Shown piece by piece: positions 1 to 13,044 of a stretch of 64,000 nt of DNA. The translations under genes were made by a program, and so were the position numbers. Source of the stretch: the human T2T-CHM13v2.0 reference genome, Homo sapiens; NCBI RefSeq assembly GCF_009914755.1, contig NC_060947.1; one strand, 5' to 3'. The number at the start of each line of letters is the position of its first letter. The first letter of the stretch is position 1. Below the pieces are notes generated by a model. That model did not search any database. It saw only the letters and a program-made list of their open reading frames with translations, and was not told where the DNA came from.

Positions 1-55
1 TAAAGAGCCAAAATTCAAGATGACATTTGGGTGGGAACACAGCCAAACCATATCA
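1..55 (-). mobile_element. THE1 (ERVL-MaLR) 3' LTR, cut by the window edge
   Basis: Reverse complement reads TGATATGGTTTGGCTGTGTTCCCACCCAAATGTCATCTTGAATT, the THE1 LTR start. Confidence 0.85.
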
Positions 56-1612
56 TTCTGTATCTGCCCCCTCCCAAATCTCATGTCCTTATATTTCAAA
101 ACCAATCGTGCCTTCACAAGAGTCCCACAAAGTCTTAACTCATTTCAGCATTAATTCAAAAGTCCATAGTACAAAGTCTCATCTTAGACAAGGCAAGTCC
201 ATTTTGCCTATGAGCCTGTAAAATCAAAAGCAAGTTAGTTACCCCTTAGATATACTGGGGACACAGGTATTGGGTAAATACAACCATTCTGAATGGGAGA
301 AATTGGCCAAAATGAAGGCATTAAAGGCCCCATGCAAGTTTGAAATCCAGTGGGGCAGTCAAGTCATAAAGCTCCAAAATGATCTCCTTCAACTCCATGT
401 CTCACATCCAGGTCATGCTGATTCAAGAGGTGGGTTCCTGTGGTTTTGGGAAACTCTGTCTCTGTGTCTTTGCAGGGTACAGCCTCAGTCTCGGGTGTTT
501 TCACAGGCTGGCATTTCTGCAGCTTTTGCAGGTGCATGGTAAAAGCTGTTGGTGGATCTACCATTCTGGGGCCTGGAAGATGGTGGCCCTCTTTTCACAG
601 CTCCACTAAGCAGGGCCTCAGTGGGGACTCTGTGTGGAGACTTTAACTCCACATTTTCTTTCCACGCTGCCCTAGCCGAGGTTCTCCATGAGGGCCCTGC
701 CCCTGCAGCAAACTTCTGCCTACACATCCAGGCATTTCCATACATTATCTGAAATCTAGGTGGAGTTTCCCAACCTCAATTTTTAACTTCTGTATACCCG
801 CAGACTCAAAACCATGTGAAAGCTGCCAAGGCTTGGGGCTTGCACTGTCTGAAGCCACAGCCCTTGGCCCCTTTTAGCCATGGCTAGAGTGGCTTGGATG
901 CAGAGCACCAAATCCTTAGGCTGCACACAGCAGGAATCCTTAGGCCCAGCCCACAAAACCATTTTTTTTCTCCTAGGCCTTGGCTCTGTGATGGAAGGGC
1001 CTGCTACAAAGGTCTCTGACATACCCTGGAGATATTTTCCCCATTGTCTTGGTGATTAACATTTGGCTCCACATTACTTATGCAAATTTCTGCAGCTGGT
1101 TTGAATTTCTTTTCGGAAATAGGGTTTTCTTTTCTATCGCATCATCAGGCTGCAAATTTTCTGAACTTTTATGCTCTGTTTCCTGTTTAAAACTGAATGC
1201 TTTTAACAGCACCCAAGTCACCTCTTGAATGCTTTACTGCTTAGAAATTTCTTCTGCCAGATACCCTAAATCATCTCTCTCAAGTTCAAAGTTCCACAAA
1301 TCTCTAGGGAAGGGCCAAAATGCCACTAGTCTTTTGCTAAAACAGCAAGAGCCACCTTTACTCCAGTTCCCAACAAGTTCCTCATCTCCATCTGAGACCA
1401 TCTCAGCCTGGATTTCATTGTCCATATCATTATCACCATTTAGGTCAAAGACATTCAACAAGTCTCTAGGAAGTTCCAAACTTTCCCACATTTTTCTGTC
1501 TTCTTCTGAGCCTTCCAAACTATTCCAGCCTCTGCCTGTTACCCAGTTCCAAAGTCACTTCCACATTTTCAGGTATCTTTACAGAAGCACCCCACTCCCA
1601 CTACCAATTTAC
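56..1612 (-). mobile_element. THE1 internal region (about 1.55 kb, decayed MaLR ORF)
   Basis: Lies between two THE1 LTRs; ORF 1234..1518(-) has WESLELPRDLLN...GDEELVGNWSKG...LWNFELERDDLGYLAEEISKQ, typical of the MaLR internal ORF. Confidence 0.9.
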
Positions 1613-1969
1613 TGTATTAGCCTGTTCTTATGCTGCTAATAAAGACATACCTAAGACTGGGTAATTTATAAATGAGAGACTTTGACTCACAGTTCCACAT
1701 GGCTTGGAAGGCCTTCAGAATCATAGTGGAAGAGCAAGGAATGTCTTACATGGCAGCAGGCAAGAGAAAAATGAGAGCCAAGTGAAAGCGAATATCCCTT
1801 ATAAAACTGTCATATCAGGTGAGGCTTATTCACTACCATGAGAACAGTATAGGGGAAACTGCCCCCATGATTCAGTTATCTCCCACTGGGTCCCTCTCAC
1901 AACATGTGGGAATTATGGGAGCTTCAATTCAAGATGAGATTTGGATGGGGACACAGCCATGCCATATCA
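1613..1969 (-). mobile_element. THE1 5' LTR (THE1B/C/D-like)
   Basis: TGTATTAG...AATAAAGACATACC...GGGGACACAGCCATGCCATATCA is the reverse complement of a ~360-bp THE1 LTR with TG...CA ends. Confidence 0.9.
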
Positions 1970-3638
1970 ACCCCTATCTCTCAAAATATATAGATCTAAA
2001 ATAAAAATTGATGAAAGACTTAAATATAACACCTCAAACTATGAAACTACTACAAGAAAACATTGAGGAAAATCTCCAGGACCTTAGTCTGGGCAAAAAT
2101 TTTTTGAACAGTAACCCACAAGCACAGGCAACCAAAACAAAAATAGAAAAATTGGATCACATCAAGTTAAAAAGCTTCTTCACAGCAAGGGATACAGTCA
2201 ACAAAGTGAAGAGAAAATCCAGATAATGAGAGAAAATATTTACAAACTAACCATCTGACCAGGAATTAATAACCAGAATGTATAAGAAGCTCAAAAAAAC
2301 TCTACAGAAACACATCCAAAAATCTGATCAAACAGTGGGCAAAAATTACAATAGACTTTTCTCAAAAGAAGGAATAAAAATGGCAAATGGGACCAGGAGT
2401 AATGGCACATGCCTGTAATCCCAGCACTCTGGGAGGGCAAGGCGGATGGATCACTTGAAGTCAGGAGTTTGAAAGCAGCCTGGCCAACATGATGAAACCC
2501 CATCTCTACTAAAAATACAAAAAATGAGTTGGGTGTGGTGGCACATGCCTGTAATTTCAGTTACTTGAGAAGCTGAGACAGAATAGCTTGAACCCAGAAG
2601 GCAGAGCTTTCAGTGAGCCGAGATCACACCATTGCGCTCTAGCCTGGGTGACAGAGTGAGACTCCGTCTCAAAAAAACAAAAAAACAAAAAAAAAAGAAA
2701 GAAAAAAAAAACGACAAACAGGCATATGAAAAAGTGCTCAATGTAGTTGATCATCAGAGAACTGCAAGTCAAAACTACAATCAGATATTATCTCACCCCA
2801 GTTCAAATGACTTATATATAAAAGACAAGGAATAACAAATGTTGGTGAGGATTTAGAGAAAAGAGAATCCTCATACACTGTTGATGGGAATGTAAATTAG
2901 TACAACCACTATGGAGTACAGTTTCACAGCTCATCAAAATACTAAATGTAGAGCTACCATAAAATACAGCAATCTCATTGCTGGGTATATGCCCAAAAGA
3001 AAGAAAATCAGTATATTGATGAAGTATCTGTACTTCCATATTTGTTGCAGCACTGTTCACAAGAGCCAAGATTTGAAAGCAACCTCAATGTCCATCAATA
3101 CATAAATAGATAAAGAAAGTGTGGCTTATATACACAATGGAGTATTATTCAGCCATAAAAAATGAGACCCTGTCATTTGCGACAACATTAATGAAACTGG
3201 AGATTATTAGGCAAGTGAAATAATCCAGGTACAAAGAGATATACATCACGCATTCTCACTTTTTTGGGGGACCTAAAAATCAAATCAATTACACTTGTAG
3301 AGAGTAGAAGGACGGTTAAAAGAGGCTGAAAAGGGTAGTGGGTTGTTGGGAAGAGGTGAGGTGGGGATGGATAATAGGTACAAAAAGTAGTTAGAAAGCA
3401 CAAATAAGACCTACTACTTGATAGCACAACAAGGTTACTATAGTCAATAACTTAATTTTACATTTAAAAATAAAGAGTGTAACTGAATTGTTTATAATGC
3501 AAAGCATAAATGCTTGTGGTAATGGATACCCCATTCTCCATGATGTGTTTGTTTCTCATTGCATGCTTGTATCAAAACATCTGGTGTACCCCATAAATAT
3601 ATACACTTACTATGTACCCACAAAAATTAAAAAGAAAA
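1970..3638 (+). mobile_element. LINE-1 3' portion (ORF2 end plus 3' UTR), L1MA1-3-like
   Basis: ORF2 C-terminal remnant (2008..2226 MKLLQENIEENLQDL...); 3' UTR ATAAGACCTACTACTTGATAGCACAAC...CTATGTACCCACAAAAATTAAAAA. Confidence 0.85.
2391..2711 (+). mobile_element. AluS (Sx/Sz-like) inserted in L1
   Basis: Dimeric Alu with A-rich linker and tail; degenerate TSD AAAAATGGCAAA / AAAAACGACAAA. Confidence 0.9.
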
Positions 3639-4119
3639 GTAATTGACTAACCAAGGTCACCTAGATTTTTATTCCAATGTTATCTTCTAGTTTTACATTT
3701 TTGCATTTTATATGTAGGTCGATAATCCATTTTTAGTAAATTATGTAAAATGTGTAAAGTCTGTAAAGATTTTGTTTTTGGTTTGGTTTTGCTTTGTTTT
3801 GCATTTGGATACCCAGTTGTTTCAGCACCATTCATTGAAAATACTATCATTTTTCCTTTGAATTATCATTGTCAAAGGTCAGCCAACTATTTTAGTTTGG
3901 GTCTATTTCTAGGTTGTTTATTTTGTTCCAGTGATATGTCTACTCTTTTATCAGTACCAGAGTGTTGATTACTGTTGCTTTTTTGTAATTCTTTATGTTT
4001 GGTAGTGTTAGTCTTCTTTTTTTCTTAAATACTGTGTTAGATATTCTGTGTCTTTTTCTTTTCACATAAGCTAAAGAATCATCTTGTCAATAGCCATGAA
4101 ATAACTGGCAGGGATTTCT

Positions 4120-5585
4120 AAATGTTTAGTTGTAGTCACAAACCTGTAAATTTTACCATCTTAATTATTTTATAAAGTTTAATAGTATTAAGTATATTTA
4201 CATTGATTTGCAACAGTTCCTTAGACATTTTTCATCATGCAAAATTGCAACTCTATACCAATTGAACAACGAATCCCCATTTCCTTCTCCCCAAGTCCCA
4301 AGAAAATACTATTCTACTTTCTGTTTCTGTGAGATTGACAACTTTAGATACCTCTTATAAACAGAATCATGCAGTATTTTCTTTTTGTATTATCTTATTT
4401 CTTTTAACGTAACGTTCTCAGTGTTCATTTGTGCTGTAACGTGACAGAATTTTCTTTGTTTTAAGGCTGAATAATGTTTTATTGTAGGTATATACAAAAT
4501 TTTATTTATCTATTAATCCATTGATGAACATTTGAGTTGCTTTCACCCCTTGGTTGTTGTGAATAATGGTGCAATTAGCATGGGTGTGCAAAGATCTTGC
4601 TTTAGATTTTTTTGTACATATTCCCAGAAGTGGAATTCTTGGATTATATGGTAATTCTATTTTTATGTTTTTGGGGAACCCTCATACTGTTTTTTTAATG
4701 TAAAATAGGTGTGGCATATTTCGTTCCCACCAATTGCACAAAGAGTTTCCAATTTCTCCATATCCTTTCCAACACTTGATATTTTCTATATATTTTTATG
4801 GTAGTGGTCGTCCCCATGAATATGAGAACGTATCTCATTGTGGTTTAATTTGCATTTGTCTAATGGTGTAATGTTGAGCATCTTTTCATATGCTTCTTTT
4901 GAAGAAATGTCTATTTAAGTTCTTTGCCATTTTTAATGGACTTGTTTGTTTTTGTTCTTGAGTTGTAGGTTTTTTTTATGTATTCCAGATATTACTCCTT
5001 ATCAGAAGTATGATTTGCAAATATTTCCTTATATTTCATAGGTTGCCTTTTACTTCGTCAATTGTTTCTTTTAATGTATAAAGGTTTTTAAGTTTGATGT
5101 AGTTCCATTTGTCAATTTTTGCTCTTGTTGCCTGTGCTTTTGGGATCACATCCAAGAAATCATTGTCAATCCAATGTCATGAAGTTTTCTTCTCCACTGT
5201 CTTTTGTCTTCTAAGAGTTTTATGCTTTTAAATCTTAAATTCAAATTGTCAGTTCATTTTGAATTATTTATATATGGTATAAAGTAAGAGTTCTAATTCA
5301 TTCTTTTGCATGTGGAAATCCAGCTTCCCCAGCACCATTTGTTGAATAAATTATCCTTTCTTCATTGCATTATCTTGACACTCTCATTGAACAACATTTG
5401 ACCATATATGTGAGGGTGTATTTCTGGGCTCTCTATTCTGTACCCCTGGTCCATATGTCTGTCCTTATGCCAGTGCCACAGTATTTTGATTAATGTAGCT
5501 TTGTAATATGTTGTAAAATCAGGAAGTGTGAAGCTTCCAACTTTATTCTTCTTTCACAATATTATTTTGGCTATTTGGAGTGTCT
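4120..5585 (-). mobile_element. Nested 5'-truncated L1 (L1MA/L1MB-like)
   Basis: Antisense 3' UTR then ORF2 end; degenerate flanking repeat CTGGCAGGGATTTCT / CTTGCTGGAATTCT. Confidence 0.7.
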
Positions 5586-5987
5586 TGCTGGAATTCTGAA
5601 AATCATTGTATAAAACTGATAGACTGTGTTGGGAAGGACTGACATCTTAACAAATTGAGTCTTCCTATTTATAAATAGAGACTATTTTTTCATTTCTTTA
5701 AATCTTCTTCAGTTTCTTTAATCAGAGGCTTATAGTTTTTCTTATATAGACCTTGTTCACATTCTGTTAAACATGTACCTATTTAATTTTTTGGTGCTAA
5801 TGTATATGGTATTTTATTTTTCATTTCAAATTCCAATGCTCATTGATGGTATATATAAAAGCAATTGACCTTACTTTAATAGTTTATTAATTCCAAAGGT
5901 TGATTCTTTGGGATTTTCTTCATAAATAATCATATCATCTGTGAACAAATACAATTCCATTTTTTTCTTTCCAAACAGTGTGTATTT

Positions 5988-7051
5988 TATTGGGGGAACC
6001 AGCCCCTAATATTTCAACGTGGATTCTTTTCTATTTTCCCTAAGTGTCGGCCAGTCTGAGAAATAAAGAGAAAGAGTACAAAGAGAGAAATTTTACAGCC
6101 GGGCCTCTGGGGGTGTCATCATATATTGGTAGGACTGTGAAGGCAACCCCGAGCCACAAAACCAGCAAGTTTTTATTAGGGATTTTAAAAGGGGAAGGGG
6201 TGTACGAATAGGGAGTAGGTCCCAAGGATCACATGCTTTAAAGGGCAATAGAGATCACAAGGCAAGGCAAAATTAGAATTACTGATGAGGGTCTATGTCC
6301 TGCTGTGCACACGTTGTCTTGATAAACATCTTAACAGGAAACAGGGCTCGAGAACAGACAACCGGTCTGACTAGAATTTACCAGGCTGGAATTTCCCAAT
6401 CCTAGTAAGCCTGAGGGTACTGCAGGAGACCAGAGTGTATTTCAGTCCTTATCTTAACCACATAAGACAGACACTCCCAGAGTGGCCATCTATAGACCTA
6501 CCCCCAGGAAGGCATTTCTTCCCCAGGGTCTCAATTATTAATATTCCTTTTCGGGAAAAGAATTCAGCGATATTTCTCCTACTCGCACGTCCGTTTATAG
6601 GATCCCTGCAAGAAGAAATATACGGCTGTATTCTGTCCGACCCCACAGGCAGTCAGACCTTATGGGTATCTTCCCTCATTCCCTGAAAATCACTGTAATT
6701 CTGTTCTTTTTCAGGGTGCACTGATTTCATATTGTTCAAACACATATATTTTACAATCAATTTGTATGATAGTGGTCCTGAGGTGACGTACATTCTCAGC
6801 TTACGAAGATAACAGGATTAAGAGATTAAAGACAGGCATAAGAAATTATAAGAGTATTGATTGGGGAAGTGATAAATGTCCATGAAATCTTCACAATTTA
6901 TGTTCAGAGATTGCAGTAAAGACAGGCATAAAAAATTATAAAAGTATTAATTTTGGGAACTGATAAATGTCCATGAAATCTTTACAATTTATGTTCTTCT
7001 GCCTTGGCTCAAGCAGGTTTCTCCATTTGGGGTCCCTGATTTCCTGCAACA
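5988..7051 (-). mobile_element. MER11 solo LTR (HERV-K/HML-8), 1064 bp
   Basis: Minus strand starts TGTTGCAGGAAATCAGGGACCCC; has the internal repeat AACATAAATTGT(G/A)AAGATTTCATGGACATTTATCA; 6-bp TSD GTATTT / ATATTT. Confidence 0.93.
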
Positions 7052-7964
7052 ATATTTTATCTTCTTGTCTTATTATATCAGCTAGGAATTCTAGAATGAT
7101 GTTGAATAGGGATGATGAAAGGGTACAGCCTTCTCTAGTTCACGAGTTTAACAACAAAGAATTTTATTTCTCACCATTAACAATGATGCTAGCCTCAGGG
7201 TTTTTGCAGCTATTTAAAGAATTATCAAGTAGAGGGAGTTGCCCTCTATTTCAAGTATACCAAAGGTTTTTATTGTGAATAGATGTTGATAGTATTTATA
7301 TTTGAATCCTTGTGGTTTTACTTTGTTTTGTTGTTGTTGTTGTTTTTTACAATGTTTACCATGTAGTTAAAAAGATGTCTGGTATATTTTATACAGTGAT
7401 TTTTAGTGTTAGTGGAAACAGATACTTGACATATCTACCAGATAATAAGGACCAAGAGGTATCTATGTTTTCTTTTTTCACCCTTATCTCTGTATCCCAA
7501 AACCCTATTTTTTAATTATTTCTATATTTACTTTTAATATATCACTTTACACTTATAGATCTCATGATCTTCAATATGTCTCATGTAGTGGCACCAACTC
7601 ACCTTTAAAAATCACATTACCAAACTCTTTTCTTCGTAAATTAAGGTAGAAAAGTAACTCAATTTTAGGGAAATTTTAATTTCCTCTGTCCCAAAGCAGA
7701 TAATCACCTAAATCTACATACAAGCTTCATGAAGAGATAGTATTTTTTAAATTATAATTTAATGTGTAAAACACCTATACTTTCCCCTGTATTATAGCCT
7801 TAATTTGCTATATAGTCATTTTATTTTTTCACTTTATTCTGAAATAGTAAATAAAATTATATATTCATATAGTACACGTTATTTTTTATCTCAAAAGTTA
7901 TGCAGTTTTTCAACTAAAATTCAAAATCCTCTTTATTATACTCTTCATTACTCTTGGTGAGTTA

Positions 7965-8150
7965 TTCATGGAGCATAAAATGTCTGGCTTTGGTACCAGC
8001 AAACCTAGGTTTGAAATAATTCTACTCCAGGTTAAAAATTAAAATATTGTCTATACTATATGATTACTGCAATAATTAAATGAGATAACATATTGGACTC
8101 TGTCCAATATACCACTGTTCAGATAGTAGATGGTCAACAGATACTTATTT
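7965..8150 (+). mobile_element. MIR fragment
   Basis: CTGGCTTTGG...ACCTAGGTTTGAA and ATTAAATGAGATAACATA core-like motifs; very diverged. Confidence 0.45.
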
Positions 8151-8969
8151 GGATTCTCTGCTTACAGACATCAGATCAATTTTGTTAACATAAATGGATC
8201 ACATTTTATTTGTAACATATTCTTAACTAAATGAACAAATGACTCCATTTTACTTTTTTAATAATTTATTTGTATTAGAATATGACAAACAATACAAATA
8301 TACAGCTTGATGAATTATCACAATGAACATACTCAGGTAAACACCCAAAATATTCAAGAAATAAAGCATTACCAGCAATTCAAAACTTGTCACTTTGCCA
8401 TCTTATAATCACTATCTCTTACTTTGGCTTGAGATAACAGCTACCCTGTCTTCAATCCCCATAGATTAATTGTCTTGTTTTAAAGTTTACCTCAATAGAA
8501 TAAAATGTTATATAATGATTTGTCCCTCACTTCTCTCATTCACCATTATTTGTGAGATTCCACCTAGTTGTTGAGTACAGCAGTAGCTTGCTCATAGTCA
8601 TTCATCTATAGTACTCTGTTCTATGAATATGTCACATTTTAAAAAATTAATTATACTATTGATGTGCATTTTGATTGTTTCTAGTATTAAGCTATGAATA
8701 TTTACATATATTTTTATGGAGCTATGTATGAATTTCTGTTGGTTACATACCTAGGTGTAGAACTTCAGGACTGTAGAATACATATGAATTTAACTTTATA
8801 TATACTGAGAAAATGGTCCCTAATGTGGTTGTACCAATTTAGAAAACCTTCAAAGGGTTTGAGAATTCCAGTTGTACCATCTTCTGATCAACATTTATTT
8901 TCAGGATTTTAAATTTTATCTCTAATAATGCATACTTATTGATTAATGTTGAATAATAAACTAAATATC

Positions 8970-9500
8970 TTTTATTTATTTTCATTATACTTTAAGTTCT
9001 GTATTACATGTGCAGAAGTGCAGTTTTGTTACATAGGTATACACGTACCATGGTGGTTTGCTGCACCCATCAACTCGTCACCTACGTTAGGTTTTTCTCC
9101 TAATGTTATCCCGCCCCTAGCCCCCCACCCCCTGACAGGCCCAGGTGTGTGATGTTCCTCTCCCTGTGTCCATGTGTTCTCATTGTTCAACTCCCACTTA
9201 TGAGTGAGAATATGCGGTGTTTGGTTTTCTGATCTTGTGATAGTTTGCTGACAATTATGCTTTCCAGCTTCATCCATGTCCCTGCAAAGGACGTGAACTC
9301 ATCCTTTTGTATGTCTTCATAGTATTCCATGGTGTATATGTGCCACATTTTCTTAATCCAGTCTATCATTGATGAACATTTGGGTTGGTTTCAAGTCTTT
9401 GCTATTGTGAATAGTGCCGCAATAAACATACATGTGCATGTGTCTTTATCGTAGAATGACTTATAATCCTTTGGGTATATGCCCAGTAATGGGATTGCTG
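8970..9500 (-). mobile_element. 5'-truncated L1PA (about L1PA7/8) 3' end
   Basis: TTATACTTTAAGTTCT...CCATGGTGGTTTGCTGCACCCATCAACTCGTCA; ORF 9187..9369(-) DWIKKMWHIYTMEYY is the ORF2 C-terminus. Confidence 0.9.
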
Positions 9501-9793
9501 AATACTTTTTTATATGTTTAGTGGAAACACAGATATCTTCCTTTATGAGGTGATTGTTTAGGTATTTTGCCTCTTTAAAAAAATTGCTTGTCTCTTGCTT
9601 ATTGATTAGAAGGAATTTTTTTCTATATACATATTCATTCTTTATTAGTCCTTTTTAAATATAGAATATATATATTTATATAGTTAATGAATATTTTATA
9701 TAGATGTAAAAATAGAAATATATATTTATTTAGATAGAAACATAGATATACAGGAAGATAGATTTATGGATGTAGTCTCTCCCTATGCCTTCG

Positions 9794-10104
9794 CTTTTTT
9801 TTTTTTAATTTTTTTTTTTTGAGACAATGTCTCACTCTGTTGCCCATGCCTTCCTGGCTCAAGTGATCCTCGCACCTCAACTTCCCAAGTAGGTGGAACT
9901 TCAGGCACATGCCACCCAGCCAAGCAAATTTGTGTGTGTGTGTGTGTGTGTGTGTGTTTTTATTTATTTTTATTTTTTTATTTTTTAGAGACTGGGTTTT
10001 GCTGTGTTGTCTAGGCTGGTCCCAAACTCCTGGGCTCAGGGGATCCATCCACCTCAGCCCCACATAGTGCTGCGATTATAGGCATGAGCCACTGCACCCA
10101 GCCC
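9794..10104 (-). mobile_element. AluJ, internally deleted, with (TG)n in the linker
   Basis: Poly-T, GAGACA..TCTCACTCTG, CTCCTGGGCTCA, GAGCCACTGCACCCAGCC; (TG)n at about 9930-9957. Confidence 0.85.
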
Positions 10105-13044
10105 CTAATCTTTTTCATTTTTCACTCTTTATTAATGTCTTTGATGAACAAGGTTTTTCATTTTAATTTGGTTCAATGTATTATTATTTTCCCTTGATGA
10201 TTAATGTGTTCGTATGTAGTTTTAGAAAGTTTTTTCTCATCTGTAGTCATGAAGAGAGAGTCTTATGTTATCATCTATAAGCTACTCATTTAATCTTTCA
10301 CATTTATATCTAGAATTTATTTTTGTGTGTGGTCTAAGATAGAGGTAAAAACATTATCCATATGAGTATCCAGTTTACTCAGCATCATTTAATGCACAGA
10401 TTCTTTTCTCCATTGCTTTGAAATGTCACTTTTGTTATCTATATATTTGTGAGTTTCTGGACTCCTATTCTGGTTCATTTTTGTGTGTGTGTCTGTTCTT
10501 GCAAATTTAGCACTTTGTTTCAATCACAAGAGCTTTTTAAATGTCTCAACTCCTAGTAATATTAGACTTCTCACATTGTTCTCTGAGATTACCGCAGTTA
10601 CACTGGTTTTATATACATTTTCATATAAAGTTTATCAATAGCTTGTCAATTTCTGAAAAGAAAACAAAACTGAAATTTTTATTTGTATACCATTGAATAT
10701 ATAAATCAATTTGGGTATAATTGAAATTTTTAAATTCAGTGTAACTCCATGTAAGGCCACATTCTGCTTACTTAAGTCTCCTCAGTTTCTCTCAATAATG
10801 TTTTATATTGTTTAAGGTACAGGGCTTACAAATCTCTCCTTAGAATAATTTCTAAGAATTAAGTGTTTTTACAATTACTCAAAGAGTTATCGTAGTTTAG
10901 TATTATTTTATAATTGTTGCTGATATATAAACATAAAATTTATTTTTATATAATTCTAGTATTCAATAATCTTGCTTGATTCATTTATTAATTGTCATAG
11001 TTTATCTGTAGATTTTTCTGGATTCTGTACTTACATAATTTTTTTCTTTGTGAATAATTGCACCTTTTTTTTTTAAAATCTCAAGCTAATATTTTTATTT
11101 GTTTGTTTGTTTTTATTACCTGTTTTACTTGCTAGGACACTGAGTATTATGTTAAATAGGTGTGGTGATAATGGGTGTTCTTGTCCTAAAGAAGATTCCT
11201 TCAAACTTTATCTTGCTAAAAAATTTTTATTTTTAATAATTGCTGGGTATTCTTGTCTTTGGATAATTACAAATGTAATTATATAGATTTTATTTTTTTC
11301 TTTATTTATTAAATCAATCATGCTTCTTTAAAAATAAACCAATTTTCTTTTTTTGGGGGGTAGGTTTCTTGTATTATTACTGAATTTAATTGGCTAATAT
11401 TTGCTTAAATTGTTTGTATCAATGCTTATGACAGAGACTGTCCTATAATTTTTTTCCCATAGTATCCTCATCAAGTTTTAATACCAAGTTTATTCTATAT
11501 TTTATATCTTATAAAACAAATTGAGAATTTGTTCTAATTTGTTTGTTTTTGTGTGTGTTTCCTAATCTTTGGAGATGTTTGTATAAGATTGTGAGGGCCT
11601 ACGGTTTGCTTTATGGGAAGGTTTTTAACAAAAGAGTCTTATAGTTTTTTCATTATTTTCTTAGTAATTTTTTTTAAAATTATCAATTTTAGTATTCACA
11701 AAAAACAATTTTTTTCTTTCTTAAATATTCTATTGTACTTTCACTTTCTGTTTAATTGATATATGATATTAACTTTAACATTTTATTCTTCTACTTTCTT
11801 CGAGTTTAATTTTATATTATTTTAACTTGCTTAGATAGAGATCCAGATAATTGATTTTCAAACATTAGTGATATACATCTCTCTGAGCACTGATTTAGCT
11901 GCATTATAAGTTTTGATATACTAGTTTTTCACTATTAATCAGTTCAAATTATTTTCTAATATTTATTGAGGTTTTTTTCTTTGCACCATGATTATTTAGA
12001 AGTATATTTTGTTTATTTCCTAACATACAAGAATTTTCTACTTATATATTTTTTATCTACATCTATCTTAATTGCATGGAAATATGAAAATACACTGTAT
12101 TATTTAATTTTAAGAAGCTGTGGACAATTTGACTTTAATCTAGCATATGGTAAATTTTAATCAATGTTTCAAGTTCAAATGTTCCACATTGAAAAACTTA
12201 TGTATTATTCAACTGATTAATACTGTATTTCATATAGGGCAAATATCAAGTGTGTGAACTGTATTCTTCTACATCCCACCCTTTTTTTTTTCTGCTTGTT
12301 GTATTAATTACCAAGAGAAATGTGGTAAAATCTCACACTGAAATTATAAATTTTAATTTTTCTTTTGATTTTTGTACGTTTTGCTTTAAAATTTTTACAC
12401 TATATCTGTAGCTGAATATAACTTTTGAATTGCTGTATCTTTGAAAGATTGAAACATTTATTATTATTAAATCTTTTTTATATCCATATAATGATATTTT
12501 CTTAGATTACACCTTGTATATATATCCATGTAAGTAAATCTACTGCTTCCTTCAGTTAGCAATTCTATGGTATATCATTTTCAACCCTGTTGACATTTTT
12601 GTTTCCTTATATTTAATGCACCTTTTCTTTGAGTAGCATATATTTCTATTTTTTATTCGATTTTACAGGGTTTGCTTTTTAATTGAAGTATTTATTTCTT
12701 TTATATTTAATATAATTATTTATATATGTGGCATATACATACCATCTTAATACTTCATTTCTATTTGTATCATCTGTTTTATGGTTTTCTAAAAATCTTT
12801 TTTTGCTTTCTTTTATATTAGATATATCTTTAATATCTCATTTTTTCTCTCTATTACCTTTGTAATTACATACTTTTTAACTTGATTTTATTAGATGCTC
12901 AAGATATTACAACATATATTCTTGTTAATAAATTCTAATGATCTCAGAAGTTGTACTATTTCCCAAGTAACACAAGGACTTTAGAACAATTAAGTCCTAT
13001 TACCCCACTCCCTCATTTGGGAATTGTTACATATTTTTATTTTA

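Larger units (their letters stand above)
3650..7290 (-). mobile_element. Old LINE-1 (L1M/L1MC-like) ORF2 remnant, interrupted by another L1 and by MER11
   Basis: T-rich antisense L1 ORF2 sequence at 3650-4119, 5586-5987 and 7052-7290, continuous across the inserts. Confidence 0.7.
8250..13020 (-). mobile_element. Ancient L1 (L1ME-like), fragmented
   Basis: Antisense L1ME-type 3' end (TACAGCTTGATGAATTATCACAA...) followed by long T-rich decayed ORF2. Confidence 0.6.

Noticed and set aside
6825-6995. About 87-bp direct repeat
   Set aside because: Intrinsic feature of the MER11 consensus
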